Shown here: one piece after another, positions 26,044 through 35,627 of the stretch
Position numbering within the stretch: the stretch's first letter is position 1
Layout: every line of letters starts with the position of its first letter
Assembly: GCA_947589075.1 (NCBI GenBank)
Contig: CANQBS010000003.1
Location: 23,467 to 87,466 of the forward strand
Source of the DNA: an uncultured Acetatifactor sp.
Lineage (GTDB): Bacteria; Bacillota; Clostridia; Lachnospirales; Lachnospiraceae
Length of the DNA stretch: 64,000 nucleotides
Direction: 5' to 3'
Notes under the pieces: model-generated
What the model saw: only the letters and a program-made list of their open reading frames with translations
What the model was told of the DNA's origin: nothing
Databases searched by the model: none
Position numbers and translations under genes: made by a program

Positions 26044-27174
26044 TTAACAATAAAATTCCTTCACCATATCGCAAATGTAATCCACCTGATCCAGGGTCAG
26101 GCTGTAATACAGCGGCAGCCGCAGCAGTCTCTCGCTTTCCTTCGTCGTATATTTATCCTCGCCATGGAACCTGCCGAATCTCATTCCCGCGGGAGCAGTA
26201 TGAAGAGGAATGTAATGGAAGACCGCCAGGATATCCTTTTCTGCCAGAAAACTCTTTAAAGCAGTCCTTTCCTCAATGTCCTTCGCCTTAATATAAAACA
26301 TATGGGCATTGTGCACACATCCCTCCGGCACCACGGGAAGTTCGATCCTTCCTGCCCGGGCAAGCCCTTCCAGGTTCTCGTAATAACGGTTCCAGCATTT
26401 CAGGCGGGCATCGTTGATCTCCTCCGCCATCTCCAGCTGGGCATAGAGATAGGCCGCATTCATGTCGCTGGGCAAATAGGAGGAACCGAAATTAATCCAG
26501 GTATATTTATCGATCTGTCCGCGATAATACTTGCTGCGGTTCGTTCCCTTCTCCCGGATGATCTCCGCATCCTCCACATATTTAGGATCCTTTATGAGCA
26601 GGGCGCCGCCTTCCCCCATGCTGTAATTCTTGGTCTCGTGGAAACTGTAGCAGCCGAAATCTCCGATGGTGCCCAGAGCTTTCCCTTTATAATAAGACAT
26701 TACTCCCTGGGCGGCATCCTCAATGACCATCAAATGATAACGTTTTGCCAGCTCCATGATCTTGTCCATCTCGCAGGCAACCCCTGCATAATGAACGGGC
26801 GCAATGGCCTTCGTGCGCTCTGTAATGGCGGCTTCGATCAGATTTTCATCCAGGTTCATGGTGTCCGGGCGGATATCCACGAAGACCGGCACCCCGCCCC
26901 TGAGGACAAATGCATTGGCAGTTGACACAAAGGTATAGGCCGGCATGATCACCTCATCGCCTTCCTGGATCTGAGCCAGCATTGCGGCCAGCTCCGTGGC
27001 GTGGGTACAGGATGTGGTCATCAGACATTTCGCCGTCCCCATTTTCTGCTCGATCCACTCATTGCACTTTTTCGTAAAGGGGCCGTCCCCGCATATTTTC
27101 TGGTTTTCCACACATTGACGGATATACTCCATCTCGTGTCCCGTATAGGGCGGTACATTAAAATTAATCTTCAT
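26044..27174 (-). CDS. wecE: dTDP-4-amino-4,6-dideoxyhexose transaminase (WecE/RffA-like, DegT family)
   Basis: MKINFNVPPYTGHEMEYI...ICGDGPFTKKCNEWIEQKMGTAKCLMTTSCTHATELAA...GDEVIMPAYTFVSTANAFVLRGGVPVFVDIRPDTMNLDE is co-linear with E. coli WecE as I remember it. The start at 27174 has AAGAGG upstream. Confidence 0.85.
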   Translation of the reverse strand: MKINFNVPPYTGHEMEYIRQCVENQKICGDGPFTKKCNEWIEQKMGTAKCLMTTSCTHATELAAMLAQIQEGDEVIMPAYTFVSTANAFVLRGGVPVFVDIRPDTMNLDENLIEAAITERTKAIAPVHYAGVACEMDKIMELAKRYHLMVIEDAAQGVMSYYKGKALGTIGDFGCYSFHETKNYSMGEGGALLIKDPKYVEDAEIIREKGTNRSKYYRGQIDKYTWINFGSSYLPSDMNAAYLYAQLEMAEEINDARLKCWNRYYENLEGLARAGRIELPVVPEGCVHNAHMFYIKAKDIEERTALKSFLAEKDILAVFHYIPLHTAPAGMRFGRFHGEDKYTTKESERLLRLPLYYSLTLDQVDYICDMVKEFYC

Positions 27175-27194
27175 ACTCTGCCTCTTTTCCGCGC

Positions 27195-29039
27195 TCATCC
27201 GGCGCTCTGTAATAATATAAATTTCTCATTTTCAAAAGTGATCTCATAATCATACTGTTTTATCCAGTCAAGCAAAAGAGAGAATTTTGCATCTTCTGCG
27301 GTTTCTTCACCGTCAACCGCCCCCTTAAGCCCGATCTCCAAAAGCATCACCGGAGGTTCTCTTTTTCCTTCCGCGATGTCCGCCGCGATTTCCTGCAGAT
27401 CCTCCGCCATCACACTGTAATTATAAGACAGAAGATCCGGCCAGGAAGTAATGGCAAAGGGCATTTGCAGATAATAGGACATCGACGGGATCATTCCGTA
27501 TAAAATAACCTCCTTCCCGGTCAGTCCGTTTTCAGTCACATAGGAAGAAATGGACCGGATGATCTCCGCGCGGTCAGGAGAAGTATAGATTCCTTGGAGC
27601 ACCTCATTTTCTTCTATCCTTGTGTGAAGATTTTCTCCCCCGTTGGCTTCCGAAAATACATACCGGATGCCAAATCCCATACTTTGGATCCCCAACACCA
27701 ATAACATGCAAAGGATCATTGCCTTCACCGGGAAAAAGGATATCAAAATCCTCCTGCCCTTCTGCTGCGCCGTATCCTCCCTCTGTACCGCATCCTCCTT
27801 CTGAACGCCCCTCCCGGTTATCCATAGCCCTCCGGGAAGCCATTTTAAAAACCGACATATCATCCACAACGTAAACGGCGCTACGAAAAACAGGTTATTA
27901 ATGCTGGAATACAGGTGATTATTGCTGCCGAAAGGGGTGATCAGTATCACCAGCATCCCCAGCCCCAGCATCAGCTTATCCCTTCGTTCGGCCCCGGGCC
28001 GCAGTATTGTTACGAGACCGATCAGAAGGGTGGCAGTCAGCAGAAAGGCTCCCCAATGAAACACACTGAGCTTCGTGATGTATTTCAGATTAAACATATT
28101 CCTCATCATTAGATAATAGAATCCCAGGAATACACACACCACATAACCAAATTTTTTCAGTCCTTCCAGCCTGCCTGCCAAAACCGCAAATCCCAGGACG
28201 CCCAGAAAAACAAAAAATACAAGATATCCCAGCCAGATCAGATTCTGCTTATAATCGATCATCTGAGAATATATCATGGAGTATAAGGTATACCCCGGGG
28301 CTTCCGAAGGCATCTCAAACAAACGCCTGATGGCGCTCACATATTCCCCAAAGCCATATCGAAGAGACAAATACCCCAGGCACAGACCGGCGCCCGCCGC
28401 ATATCCCAGGATACACCAAAGGGTTTCCGCCAGAACAGCCCTTCCTTTCTTCCTGCAAAGGAATCCATACGCCCAGACCCCTGCGATCATTCCCATTTCC
28501 GCCAGATTGGGGAACCGGACGAACACATTGACGCCGAGACAGATCCCCGCCAGCACCAGATATTGCTTCTTATCCTCCGCCAGGCCGCAATACAACACTG
28601 CCGTTCCTATTCCGAACAGGAAATAGGTCAGATAATTATACAATAAGGCCGTGGGACACCAGCACAGATTCAGGGCCAGAAGCTCCCCTGCAAAGGCGAA
28701 TAAAGAAGGAATCCTTACTTTCCTGATAAAAAAATAATATCCCGCCAGCGCCATCAGACTCACCAGCAGCCCTGTATAAAGATTCAGCCCCAGCATACGA
28801 TTTCCAAGGGGCAGCCTGGTAAACAGGTTTCCCAGGGCATTCCCAAGGTAGGTGCTGAATACCCACATGGGATCCATCCGGTCCATATACTGAAAATTTC
28901 CGTAATTATATCCTGTATCCCACCATTCCGCCCCTACAAAAATATGCCTGAGAGGGTATAAAAGCAGGATAGCGGGGAAAATAACCCTTTCGCACCAGCC
29001 ATACAGCCCCTTCCAGCCCTGCATTTTTTCCTGAAGCAT
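27195..29039 (-). CDS. Large polytopic membrane protein with C-terminal soluble domain (GT-C-like candidate)
   Basis: About 14 helices. First-loop motif GAEWWDTGYNYGNFQYMDRMD. C-terminal domain of about 150 aa. The start at 29039 has AAGGAAA upstream. Confidence 0.5.
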   Translation of the reverse strand: MLQEKMQGWKGLYGWCERVIFPAILLLYPLRHIFVGAEWWDTGYNYGNFQYMDRMDPMWVFSTYLGNALGNLFTRLPLGNRMLGLNLYTGLLVSLMALAGYYFFIRKVRIPSLFAFAGELLALNLCWCPTALLYNYLTYFLFGIGTAVLYCGLAEDKKQYLVLAGICLGVNVFVRFPNLAEMGMIAGVWAYGFLCRKKGRAVLAETLWCILGYAAGAGLCLGYLSLRYGFGEYVSAIRRLFEMPSEAPGYTLYSMIYSQMIDYKQNLIWLGYLVFFVFLGVLGFAVLAGRLEGLKKFGYVVCVFLGFYYLMMRNMFNLKYITKLSVFHWGAFLLTATLLIGLVTILRPGAERRDKLMLGLGMLVILITPFGSNNHLYSSINNLFFVAPFTLWMICRFLKWLPGGLWITGRGVQKEDAVQREDTAQQKGRRILISFFPVKAMILCMLLVLGIQSMGFGIRYVFSEANGGENLHTRIEENEVLQGIYTSPDRAEIIRSISSYVTENGLTGKEVILYGMIPSMSYYLQMPFAITSWPDLLSYNYSVMAEDLQEIAADIAEGKREPPVMLLEIGLKGAVDGEETAEDAKFSLLLDWIKQYDYEITFENEKFILLQSAG

Positions 29040-29040
29040 C

Positions 29041-30171
29041 CTATTTTCCTTTCTGATCCGGCAGCAGTTCATCTATCCTGCAAAAGAAATCATTTATTCT
29101 CCTGCACAAAGCCAGGCGTCCTATTAAAGCAAACAGCGCCCCCCGCAGCATATCCACGCAAATCCCGATCCCAAAGGCCAAAATCACCGAACCCAGGCAT
29201 CTTGCGCAGAATACCGCCGCGCTGCCCCCTGCCGACGCCCCGAGCCAGGAGGGCCACAGAGTACGGATCTCCCAATGCTCCTGCAGCAGATAAACTCCAA
29301 GAGAATAGGGGGCGATGCGCAGAATGATCCGGGATAGAACGCCTTCCCTGATCTTCCAGTTATAAAAGCCCACGAACAGGCATACCGCCGCCAGAAGCGT
29401 CAGAATATGATTATATCCGCATACAGTGGTAATAAAATATCCGAATTTACCCGTTTTCATATACAGGAACCGAATAAAAAACGTGAGGCAGAACATTGCG
29501 GCACTCAGGATGAAATACAATAAAAACCCTTTTTGCGCCAGTTTTTTTTCTTTCAGCTCCTCCATACCGTACAGCCGCAGATAGGCAGCTACCAGATAAA
29601 CACATATGAACCAGAGCCCGTCGTATCCCAGATTATCCATTGTAAGCTGCACGGGGATCACAGACTTACTGACGGATAAAAACAACAACAGCAGAATTAT
29701 CACCAGACGGAGCTGTTCCTTCTTCATTCCCTTCACCGCAACGCAAAGGATCGGAGAAAATAAATACATGGTTACATATGCGGTGATAAACCAATAGTGA
29801 ACCATCTGAACTGGAAATACATAATAAAGGATCTGGTAGAGCGTCAGTTGTGAAGGATCCAGGATCCCGCAGGCCATTGACGCCAAAGGGATCAGGAGAC
29901 TGTAAAACAGCACCTGACATATGAGCTGAACCAGACGCTTCGTTTTAAAGCCTGATTCCACCAGAAAGAAACCGCTGATCAGCATATAAATATCCACCGC
30001 CACAATGGACAGCAGCTCCAGGACCCATGCCGCATAGCCGTTCGGCCCGAGGCTGCCGGTAAGATCCGGCAGGACGCCGCCCTTATCCAGATAATGCAGC
30101 ATCGTGACCATGAGCATCGCCAGGATACGCAAAAGCTCTATATTGGCCAGTCTCTTTTTACCCGGCGCCAT
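29041..30171 (-). CDS. Acyltransferase family 3 (AT3) membrane O-acyltransferase, with no fused SGNH domain
   Basis: RLANIELLRILAMLMVTMLHYL is the typical AT3 N-terminal motif; about 10 helices. The start at 30171 has GAGGGAGGTGAGG upstream. Confidence 0.8.
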   Translation of the reverse strand: MAPGKKRLANIELLRILAMLMVTMLHYLDKGGVLPDLTGSLGPNGYAAWVLELLSIVAVDIYMLISGFFLVESGFKTKRLVQLICQVLFYSLLIPLASMACGILDPSQLTLYQILYYVFPVQMVHYWFITAYVTMYLFSPILCVAVKGMKKEQLRLVIILLLLFLSVSKSVIPVQLTMDNLGYDGLWFICVYLVAAYLRLYGMEELKEKKLAQKGFLLYFILSAAMFCLTFFIRFLYMKTGKFGYFITTVCGYNHILTLLAAVCLFVGFYNWKIREGVLSRIILRIAPYSLGVYLLQEHWEIRTLWPSWLGASAGGSAAVFCARCLGSVILAFGIGICVDMLRGALFALIGRLALCRRINDFFCRIDELLPDQKGK

Positions 30172-30187
30172 TGCTGCCTCACCTCCC

Positions 30188-31159
30188 TCAGATCCCATGC
30201 CAGTCTCCGGTAACATTTCCTTTGATATTATCCGTCGCTTTGCTGATGATAAACTTCGGGCGTCCCTTCACTTCCTCATAAATTCTGGCAATATAATGGC
30301 CGATGATCCCCAGACTGATCATAATAAATCCGCCGATGATCAGCACAAGCAGGATCACGGTAGTGAAGCCCTCCACCGCTGTTCCGGATAAGAATCTCAC
30401 CATGGTCTGAATCGCCAGAGCCACGCTGAATAAAATGGAAACGACTCCCATGACCGTCACCATCTGCAGAGGCAGGGTGCTGAAAGAAGTCACGTTCCTG
30501 ACCGCGTACTTCATCAGGCTCCAGGCAGACCATTTGCTTGTTCCGAATTTTCTCTCCTGTACCTCATATTTTACGGACGCAGTGCGGAAACCCACCCAGA
30601 AGGACAGCGCCCGAAAGAATGTATTCCGTTCCGGCAGCGCGGTCAGTACGTCCACAACCTTCCTGTCCAACAGCTTAAAATCCGAAGAAGCATTCATATC
30701 CATTTTGATCAGTCCGCTTATGACCCGGTAAAACAATCCCGCCGACAGCTTATGGGCAAGGCTTTCCTTTCCCCTGCTGCTTTTAATGCCTTCTACCACT
30801 TCGTAGCCTTCCTGCCAGAGCTTCCACATCTGGAGGATCACCTCCGGCGGATGCTGCAGGTCGCAGTCCATGACCACCACCGCGTCCCCCGACGCGATCT
30901 GAAGTCCAGCAAATATGCTGGCTTCCTTCCCGAAATTACGGGAGAACTCCACTCCCTTCACCCGCGGATTCTCCCGGGCAGCCTTTTGGATCTCCTGATA
31001 GGTGTTGTCCCTGGAGCCGTCGCTGATAAAGATCAATTCGTGATCGATTCCTGCTTCTGTCAGGCAGTCGGACAATACGCGCACTGTATTCGGAACATTC
31101 TGTTCCTCATTATAGGAAGGAAGTACCACCGATAATAATGACATAACGACCCCCATCAT
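30188..31159 (-). CDS. Polyprenyl-phosphate glycosyltransferase (GtrB/CsbB/DPM1-like GT2 with two C-terminal TM helices)
   Basis: LSVVLPSYNEEQNV...FISDGSRDNT...VVMDCDLQHPPE...two C-terminal helices...GIIGHYIARIY. Confidence 0.85.
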   Translation of the reverse strand: MMGVVMSLLSVVLPSYNEEQNVPNTVRVLSDCLTEAGIDHELIFISDGSRDNTYQEIQKAARENPRVKGVEFSRNFGKEASIFAGLQIASGDAVVVMDCDLQHPPEVILQMWKLWQEGYEVVEGIKSSRGKESLAHKLSAGLFYRVISGLIKMDMNASSDFKLLDRKVVDVLTALPERNTFFRALSFWVGFRTASVKYEVQERKFGTSKWSAWSLMKYAVRNVTSFSTLPLQMVTVMGVVSILFSVALAIQTMVRFLSGTAVEGFTTVILLVLIIGGFIMISLGIIGHYIARIYEEVKGRPKFIISKATDNIKGNVTGDWHGI

Positions 31160-32778
31160 TCCATATTTTCCGTCTTGATATACATGATCCCATCAACGAT
31201 CTGAATGGAATCCGCAGCCGGGAAGCTTCCCATCTTCCTGTAAAATTCTGCATAATAAGCTTCCGCCATGGCCTCCGGCGGCAAAATATTTAAGGTTGCC
31301 CCCAGATAATTTTGAATGAACCTCTGATAATTCTCTCCCCGGTACAATAAAGAATCTCCCGGGATTCCGATCATTCCTGACGTAACTGAGCCTGTGATAT
31401 CGGTAGGGGGATATTCCTCATCCCCTACTACGCCAATCATCGCAATGGGAATTCCCTGATAATAGCCTTCCGTCTGTTCGATGCGGTCCAGCAGGCGCAC
31501 ACAATAAGCATACGTCTTTTCATAACGTTTTGCAAGGTTAGAATAGGCGATATTGTCTGTTACGGCATAATTTAAGATCAGTACCGCCGCCGCTGCCAGC
31601 ATGAGCCAGCATCCCAGGGCTCCTGCGGTGTCCGAAATCCCAAGCTTTTGTCTCTCCCTTTCCCTGCCCTGGTCTGAAGGGATTGCCCCAGTCTCTTCTC
31701 CGGATGCGGACCCGAAGCCGTTACGGGACAAAAAAGCTATCATCAGGATCAAAAACAGCACCCACTGATAACGCATTAAAAGATGATAATTTACATCCGG
31801 CGATACCAGCAGGATCACATTGGCGGCTGCCGGGACCCCTCCTGCCGCCAAAAGGAGGATCAGATAAAACCAAATGCTTTTCCACCATTTTTTGCGGAGG
31901 GCAAGGCGCACCAGGACAAGGAGCGTCAAGCCGGATAAGATCATAACCCCAGCGATAGAAAAAATATTGTGATATAATACATTTCCCTTAAACGTAAAAG
32001 CAAAAAAGTCTCCATACATGGACTTTATAACCGAAAACAATCCTTTTTCTCCCAGAGAGGCCATTCCATTGATTCCCTGATAATCATCCAGAACCTTTCC
32101 CTGAATCACAAGGAGAACCCGAAGCACCGCATAATAAAGGATAATTCCCAGCACTCCCATATACAGGTACTTCATCCCTCTTTGAAGTTTCTCTTTCAGG
32201 GAAAGCTCTGACATGGCTAACATCAGGATCCCATAAAGGGAAAGCAGTACCGCGAAGGGCAAATATGCCTGATAGGTTCCCATGCTCAGAGCAAGACAGA
32301 CCATGCCGCCCAGGAAGCCCCGCCGGAACCTTGCCGTCAGAAGCACGGACAGGATCGCCAGAAACAGCGCCAGCATATAACCGTCCATGGTGAATACATA
32401 AGCAAAGGTGGAGGCAGCCGCCGGAAAGGAAACCAGAAGACCGCTGACCAGTATGATACTGATCCTGCTTTTTATCTCCAGAAATTCCGTCAGGGCAGCG
32501 CTTGCCAGGGCCAGATTCAAAATCGCTATCAGCCCTATCACCCAGGGCAGGGTGTAATAGGAAGAGAACCCGCAGGCCACCGTCAAAAACCATCTGCCGG
32601 AGGTGATCATATTCTGATCGAAATACATGCTGTCCAATCCGTCATGATTGGGGATATCCGATAAAAGCATGGGCATATGAATGAGCAGGCCAAACAGGAC
32701 CGCCGATCCAAAGGCAGTCTTCCACTCCTGCTTTATATGCGACTTTATCCATATCCACGCCTGTTCCGGATTCTTCAT
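31156..32778 (-). CDS. Polytopic membrane protein, GtrII-like glucosyltransferase candidate (GT-C type)
   Basis: LSDIPNHDGLDSMYFDQNMITSGRWFL first-loop motif, about 12 helices, and a C-terminal soluble domain. The stop overlaps the GtrB-like start (ATGA). The start at 32778 lies 7 nt after GAGGAGG. Confidence 0.55.
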   Translation of the reverse strand: MKNPEQAWIWIKSHIKQEWKTAFGSAVLFGLLIHMPMLLSDIPNHDGLDSMYFDQNMITSGRWFLTVACGFSSYYTLPWVIGLIAILNLALASAALTEFLEIKSRISIILVSGLLVSFPAAASTFAYVFTMDGYMLALFLAILSVLLTARFRRGFLGGMVCLALSMGTYQAYLPFAVLLSLYGILMLAMSELSLKEKLQRGMKYLYMGVLGIILYYAVLRVLLVIQGKVLDDYQGINGMASLGEKGLFSVIKSMYGDFFAFTFKGNVLYHNIFSIAGVMILSGLTLLVLVRLALRKKWWKSIWFYLILLLAAGGVPAAANVILLVSPDVNYHLLMRYQWVLFLILMIAFLSRNGFGSASGEETGAIPSDQGRERERQKLGISDTAGALGCWLMLAAAAVLILNYAVTDNIAYSNLAKRYEKTYAYCVRLLDRIEQTEGYYQGIPIAMIGVVGDEEYPPTDITGSVTSGMIGIPGDSLLYRGENYQRFIQNYLGATLNILPPEAMAEAYYAEFYRKMGSFPAADSIQIVDGIMYIKTENME

Positions 32779-32823
32779 TGCCATACCTCCTCGGATCTTA
32801 GCCATTTCGGATCATAAAGGAAA

Positions 32824-33915
32824 TCACTGCATTCCCTCTGTCAAAAGCCTGGAAATGCGGTACGCGCCCTTCCCGTCGATCAACTGCTTTGCCGTCCTGC
32901 TGTATGACAGTCTTTTTACAGGATCCCCGCACAACAGATCAAAAAGCTTTGCCAGCTTATACAGCGTCCCATCAGGTTCTTTATGGCAGCTTCCCGCAAA
33001 TGCCCCGATCTTTTCTTTCCCGATGAATTCTGTCAGCAGTTCCTGGTTTTCCGCATAGGAAAAACACAAAAAAGGGACCCCTGCCGCAGCCAGTTCATAA
33101 ACAGTGCTTCCTCCTGCCGTAACCGCCAGATCGCATTTTCTCATCAGTCCCGCCATATCTGAGACATTTACATGGACATGGATCCGCGGGCAGGTTTTTT
33201 CCAGGTTCTTCCACTCCTGAATATGGGGACTGAAACCGCCGACCACCACATGGTAGTGAAGCCCTTCCCTCCATATAGCCTTCAGTACCTGAAGAGCGAT
33301 ATTCCGGCTGTCGCCGCCCCCGGTTGTGATCATGACATCCTGCACCTGTTCCCGAAGTTCATAAGCGCCTTCCAGGAACTGAGGACGAACCGGCACATAG
33401 GAACCGCCCACATAATATCGGGTGGCAGTATGGGCATATAATTCCTCATATCTTTCAGGGGAAGCGTACAGATTATAATTGATCACCGCATCCGCTGGAA
33501 AGGAACGCTCCGCCGTATCATCCAGCAGCCACACCTGGCCGAATTCCTTTAAGGCAGACAGGTACAGGTCTGTGACGAAATAGCTGTCCGCCAGAATACG
33601 TCTCTGCGCCGCTTCCGGCTGCAGACAGCCTTCTTCCCGGAACACCTCTTCCTTTCGGAAAAATTCTTTCAGCCGGGGCAGTTCCTCCTCCATCCGGGTA
33701 CAGTCCGTTCCAAGGCTCACCCCGTGAAATCCCTTTTCCGATACCAGAGCGCGCGACCGCTCATCCGATGTCAAAAAACAGATTTTCTCCCGGCCGCCCA
33801 GCGCTTCTGCCAGGGCGTCCGCGATGGTAAGGCACCTCATCAAATGCCCCGCACCGATTTTTTCATTGCCGTCCGCCCGGAAAAAATACTGATATCCTTT
33901 ACTCAGCTGTTCCAT
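32824..33915 (-). CDS. pseG: UDP-2,4-diacetamido-2,4,6-trideoxy-beta-L-altropyranose hydrolase
   Basis: FRADGNEKIGAGHLMRCLTIADAL N-terminal motif, GT-B-like (MurG-like) length, and a position next to pseI. Confidence 0.8.
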   Translation of the reverse strand: MEQLSKGYQYFFRADGNEKIGAGHLMRCLTIADALAEALGGREKICFLTSDERSRALVSEKGFHGVSLGTDCTRMEEELPRLKEFFRKEEVFREEGCLQPEAAQRRILADSYFVTDLYLSALKEFGQVWLLDDTAERSFPADAVINYNLYASPERYEELYAHTATRYYVGGSYVPVRPQFLEGAYELREQVQDVMITTGGGDSRNIALQVLKAIWREGLHYHVVVGGFSPHIQEWKNLEKTCPRIHVHVNVSDMAGLMRKCDLAVTAGGSTVYELAAAGVPFLCFSYAENQELLTEFIGKEKIGAFAGSCHKEPDGTLYKLAKLFDLLCGDPVKRLSYSRTAKQLIDGKGAYRISRLLTEGMQ

Positions 33916-34969
33916 CAAAATCCACCAATTCCCAGCTCATGGGAGTCCCCAGCTTTGCGTCCTTTCTGATCCGTTTGCCCAGGATCTCCTCATAGTATTT
34001 TGTGTGCAGGCCGCAGGAGGGACGCACGGACCGGAGATTTTCCGGCGTAAAAATATCCCCTGCCTTCATATCCTTCGCCACAAATAAAGATCTGGCATGG
34101 TCTCTGCTGGCCTTCTGCTTCGGCGTCAGGTCGTAGGTCACTTTCCCCAGAGCCTTCTCTATGATGCGGATATTGTCCACCATTTCCTTAAATTCCTGAG
34201 GCTCCATGGAAAAAGCGGCGTCCGGGCCGCCGTCGGACCGCCTTAAAGTCAGGTGCTTTTCGATCACCTTTGCCCCCACAGCCACGCCCGCCTGGGCCAC
34301 CGCCGTTCCAAGGGTGTGATCTGATAGTCCCACCACACAGTTGAAGGTCTCCTTCATGGAGGGAATGGTTCTCAGATTAATATCTTCATAAGGGGCAGGG
34401 TAAGCGGAGCTGCATTTTAACAGGATTACATTCTCATTGCCTTCCTCCCTGCAGGTCTGAAGCGCCAGTTCGATATCAGAGAGATACGCAATTCCCGTGG
34501 ACATAATAATGGGCTTGCCTTTCCGGGCGATCTTACGGATAAAGGGAATGTCGTTGATCTCAAAGCTCGCCACCTTATACGCCGGCACATTCATGTCCGC
34601 CAGGAAATCCACGCTGGTCAGATCGAAGGGGGAAGAAAAAAAGATCAGCCCCATTTCTTCCGCGATACTTTTTAGCTTCGGCTGCCATTCCCAGGGAGTA
34701 TAGGCCGTTTCATACAGCTTATGAAGGGTGGTGCCGTCCCAGATGGTTCCCTGGGTGATCTGAAAACAGGGATCGTCGCAGTTTAGCGTAATGGTGTCCG
34801 GGGTATAGGTCTGGATCTTGATCGCATCCGCCCCTGCGTCCTTTGCCGCCTGCATGATCGCCACAGCCCTGTTAAAATCCATTCCATGATTGGCTGACAT
34901 CTCCGCGATCACAAAAACAGGTGATTCCTCGCCGATCTTCTTATTTCCTATTACAATTTCCCGATTCAT
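33899..34969 (-). CDS. pseI: Pseudaminic acid synthase (NeuB family)
   Basis: VFVIAEMSANHGMDFNRAVAIMQAAKDAGADAIKIQTY...LSDHTLG... and a C-terminal SAF domain (KAGDIFTPENLRSVRP). The Pse assignment comes from context. Confidence 0.85.
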   Translation of the reverse strand: MNREIVIGNKKIGEESPVFVIAEMSANHGMDFNRAVAIMQAAKDAGADAIKIQTYTPDTITLNCDDPCFQITQGTIWDGTTLHKLYETAYTPWEWQPKLKSIAEEMGLIFFSSPFDLTSVDFLADMNVPAYKVASFEINDIPFIRKIARKGKPIIMSTGIAYLSDIELALQTCREEGNENVILLKCSSAYPAPYEDINLRTIPSMKETFNCVVGLSDHTLGTAVAQAGVAVGAKVIEKHLTLRRSDGGPDAAFSMEPQEFKEMVDNIRIIEKALGKVTYDLTPKQKASRDHARSLFVAKDMKAGDIFTPENLRSVRPSCGLHTKYYEEILGKRIRKDAKLGTPMSWELVDFDGTAE

Positions 34970-35010
34970 CCCGCTCTTCCTCCACAGGCTTTCTCATAAT
35001 TCAAACAGGC

Positions 35011-35070
35011 TTCTTATATTTCAAAAAAGATTCTTATATTTCAAAAAAGATTCTTATATTTCAAAAAGCT
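35011..35070. repeat. Three tandem 20-bp repeats in the pseH-pseI spacer, flanked by degenerate copies
   Basis: ttcttatatttcaaaaaaga x2 plus ttcttatatttcaaaaagct. Degenerate units lie at about 34991-35010 and 35071-35110. Confidence 0.9.
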
Positions 35071-35072
35071 TC

Positions 35073-35621
35073 TCATAGTCCAAAAGAAATCTTCTCATAG
35101 TTCTTTTTGTTCCGGATCTGCCCCCAGCGCTCCTTTGTCATGCGCATAAAGGTCACGTCGTACCAGACGTTTCCCTTACATACATGATGCTTTTTCTCCT
35201 CCAGGATCTCGCTGCCGCACAGCAGATGAAGCTGGATCACACCCTTATTTAGGGTAAAAATATCCCCCACCAGAGCCTCTTTGTCCAGTACGTCAAAAAT
35301 ATAGTCATACAGGCTCATCTCCAGGGACAGGGCAAGCTTCATGCTGCGAAGTCTCTTTTCTCCTATATAATACGCCCAGCCCAGGATCCCGTCCTCTTTC
35401 ATAAGGCCGGTTAAGTTGATCACCCCTGCAGCCTCTCCGTCCACCTCAACGATCCAATATCGTACATCCGGATCGGCGCTGATCCTGGCAAACCATAATT
35501 TCTGCCCTTCCAGGGTCAGCTTCGGATCAGTATTCATATACCTGGTAATATCCGGATCCATGCGCCAGCGCATGATCCTCTCCAGGTCTCCTTCCGTAAC
35601 AGATCTCACGGCAAAATCCAA
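35073..35621 (-). CDS. pseH: GNAT N-acyltransferase, PseH-like
   Basis: LERIMRWRMDPDITRYM (the WRN.P.I..fM signature of PseH-type GNATs) and GVINL...GWAYYIGEK. It sits between the ACP and pseI. Confidence 0.6.
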   Translation of the reverse strand: MDFAVRSVTEGDLERIMRWRMDPDITRYMNTDPKLTLEGQKLWFARISADPDVRYWIVEVDGEAAGVINLTGLMKEDGILGWAYYIGEKRLRSMKLALSLEMSLYDYIFDVLDKEALVGDIFTLNKGVIQLHLLCGSEILEEKKHHVCKGNVWYDVTFMRMTKERWGQIRNKKNYEKISFGL

Positions 35622-35627
35622 TGGAAC

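Noticed and set aside
35011-35070. The tandem repeats here and at 48779-48858 considered as a CRISPR array.
   Set aside because: The units are directly adjacent (periods of 20 and 17 bp) with no unique spacers, there are few copies, and no cas genes are present.
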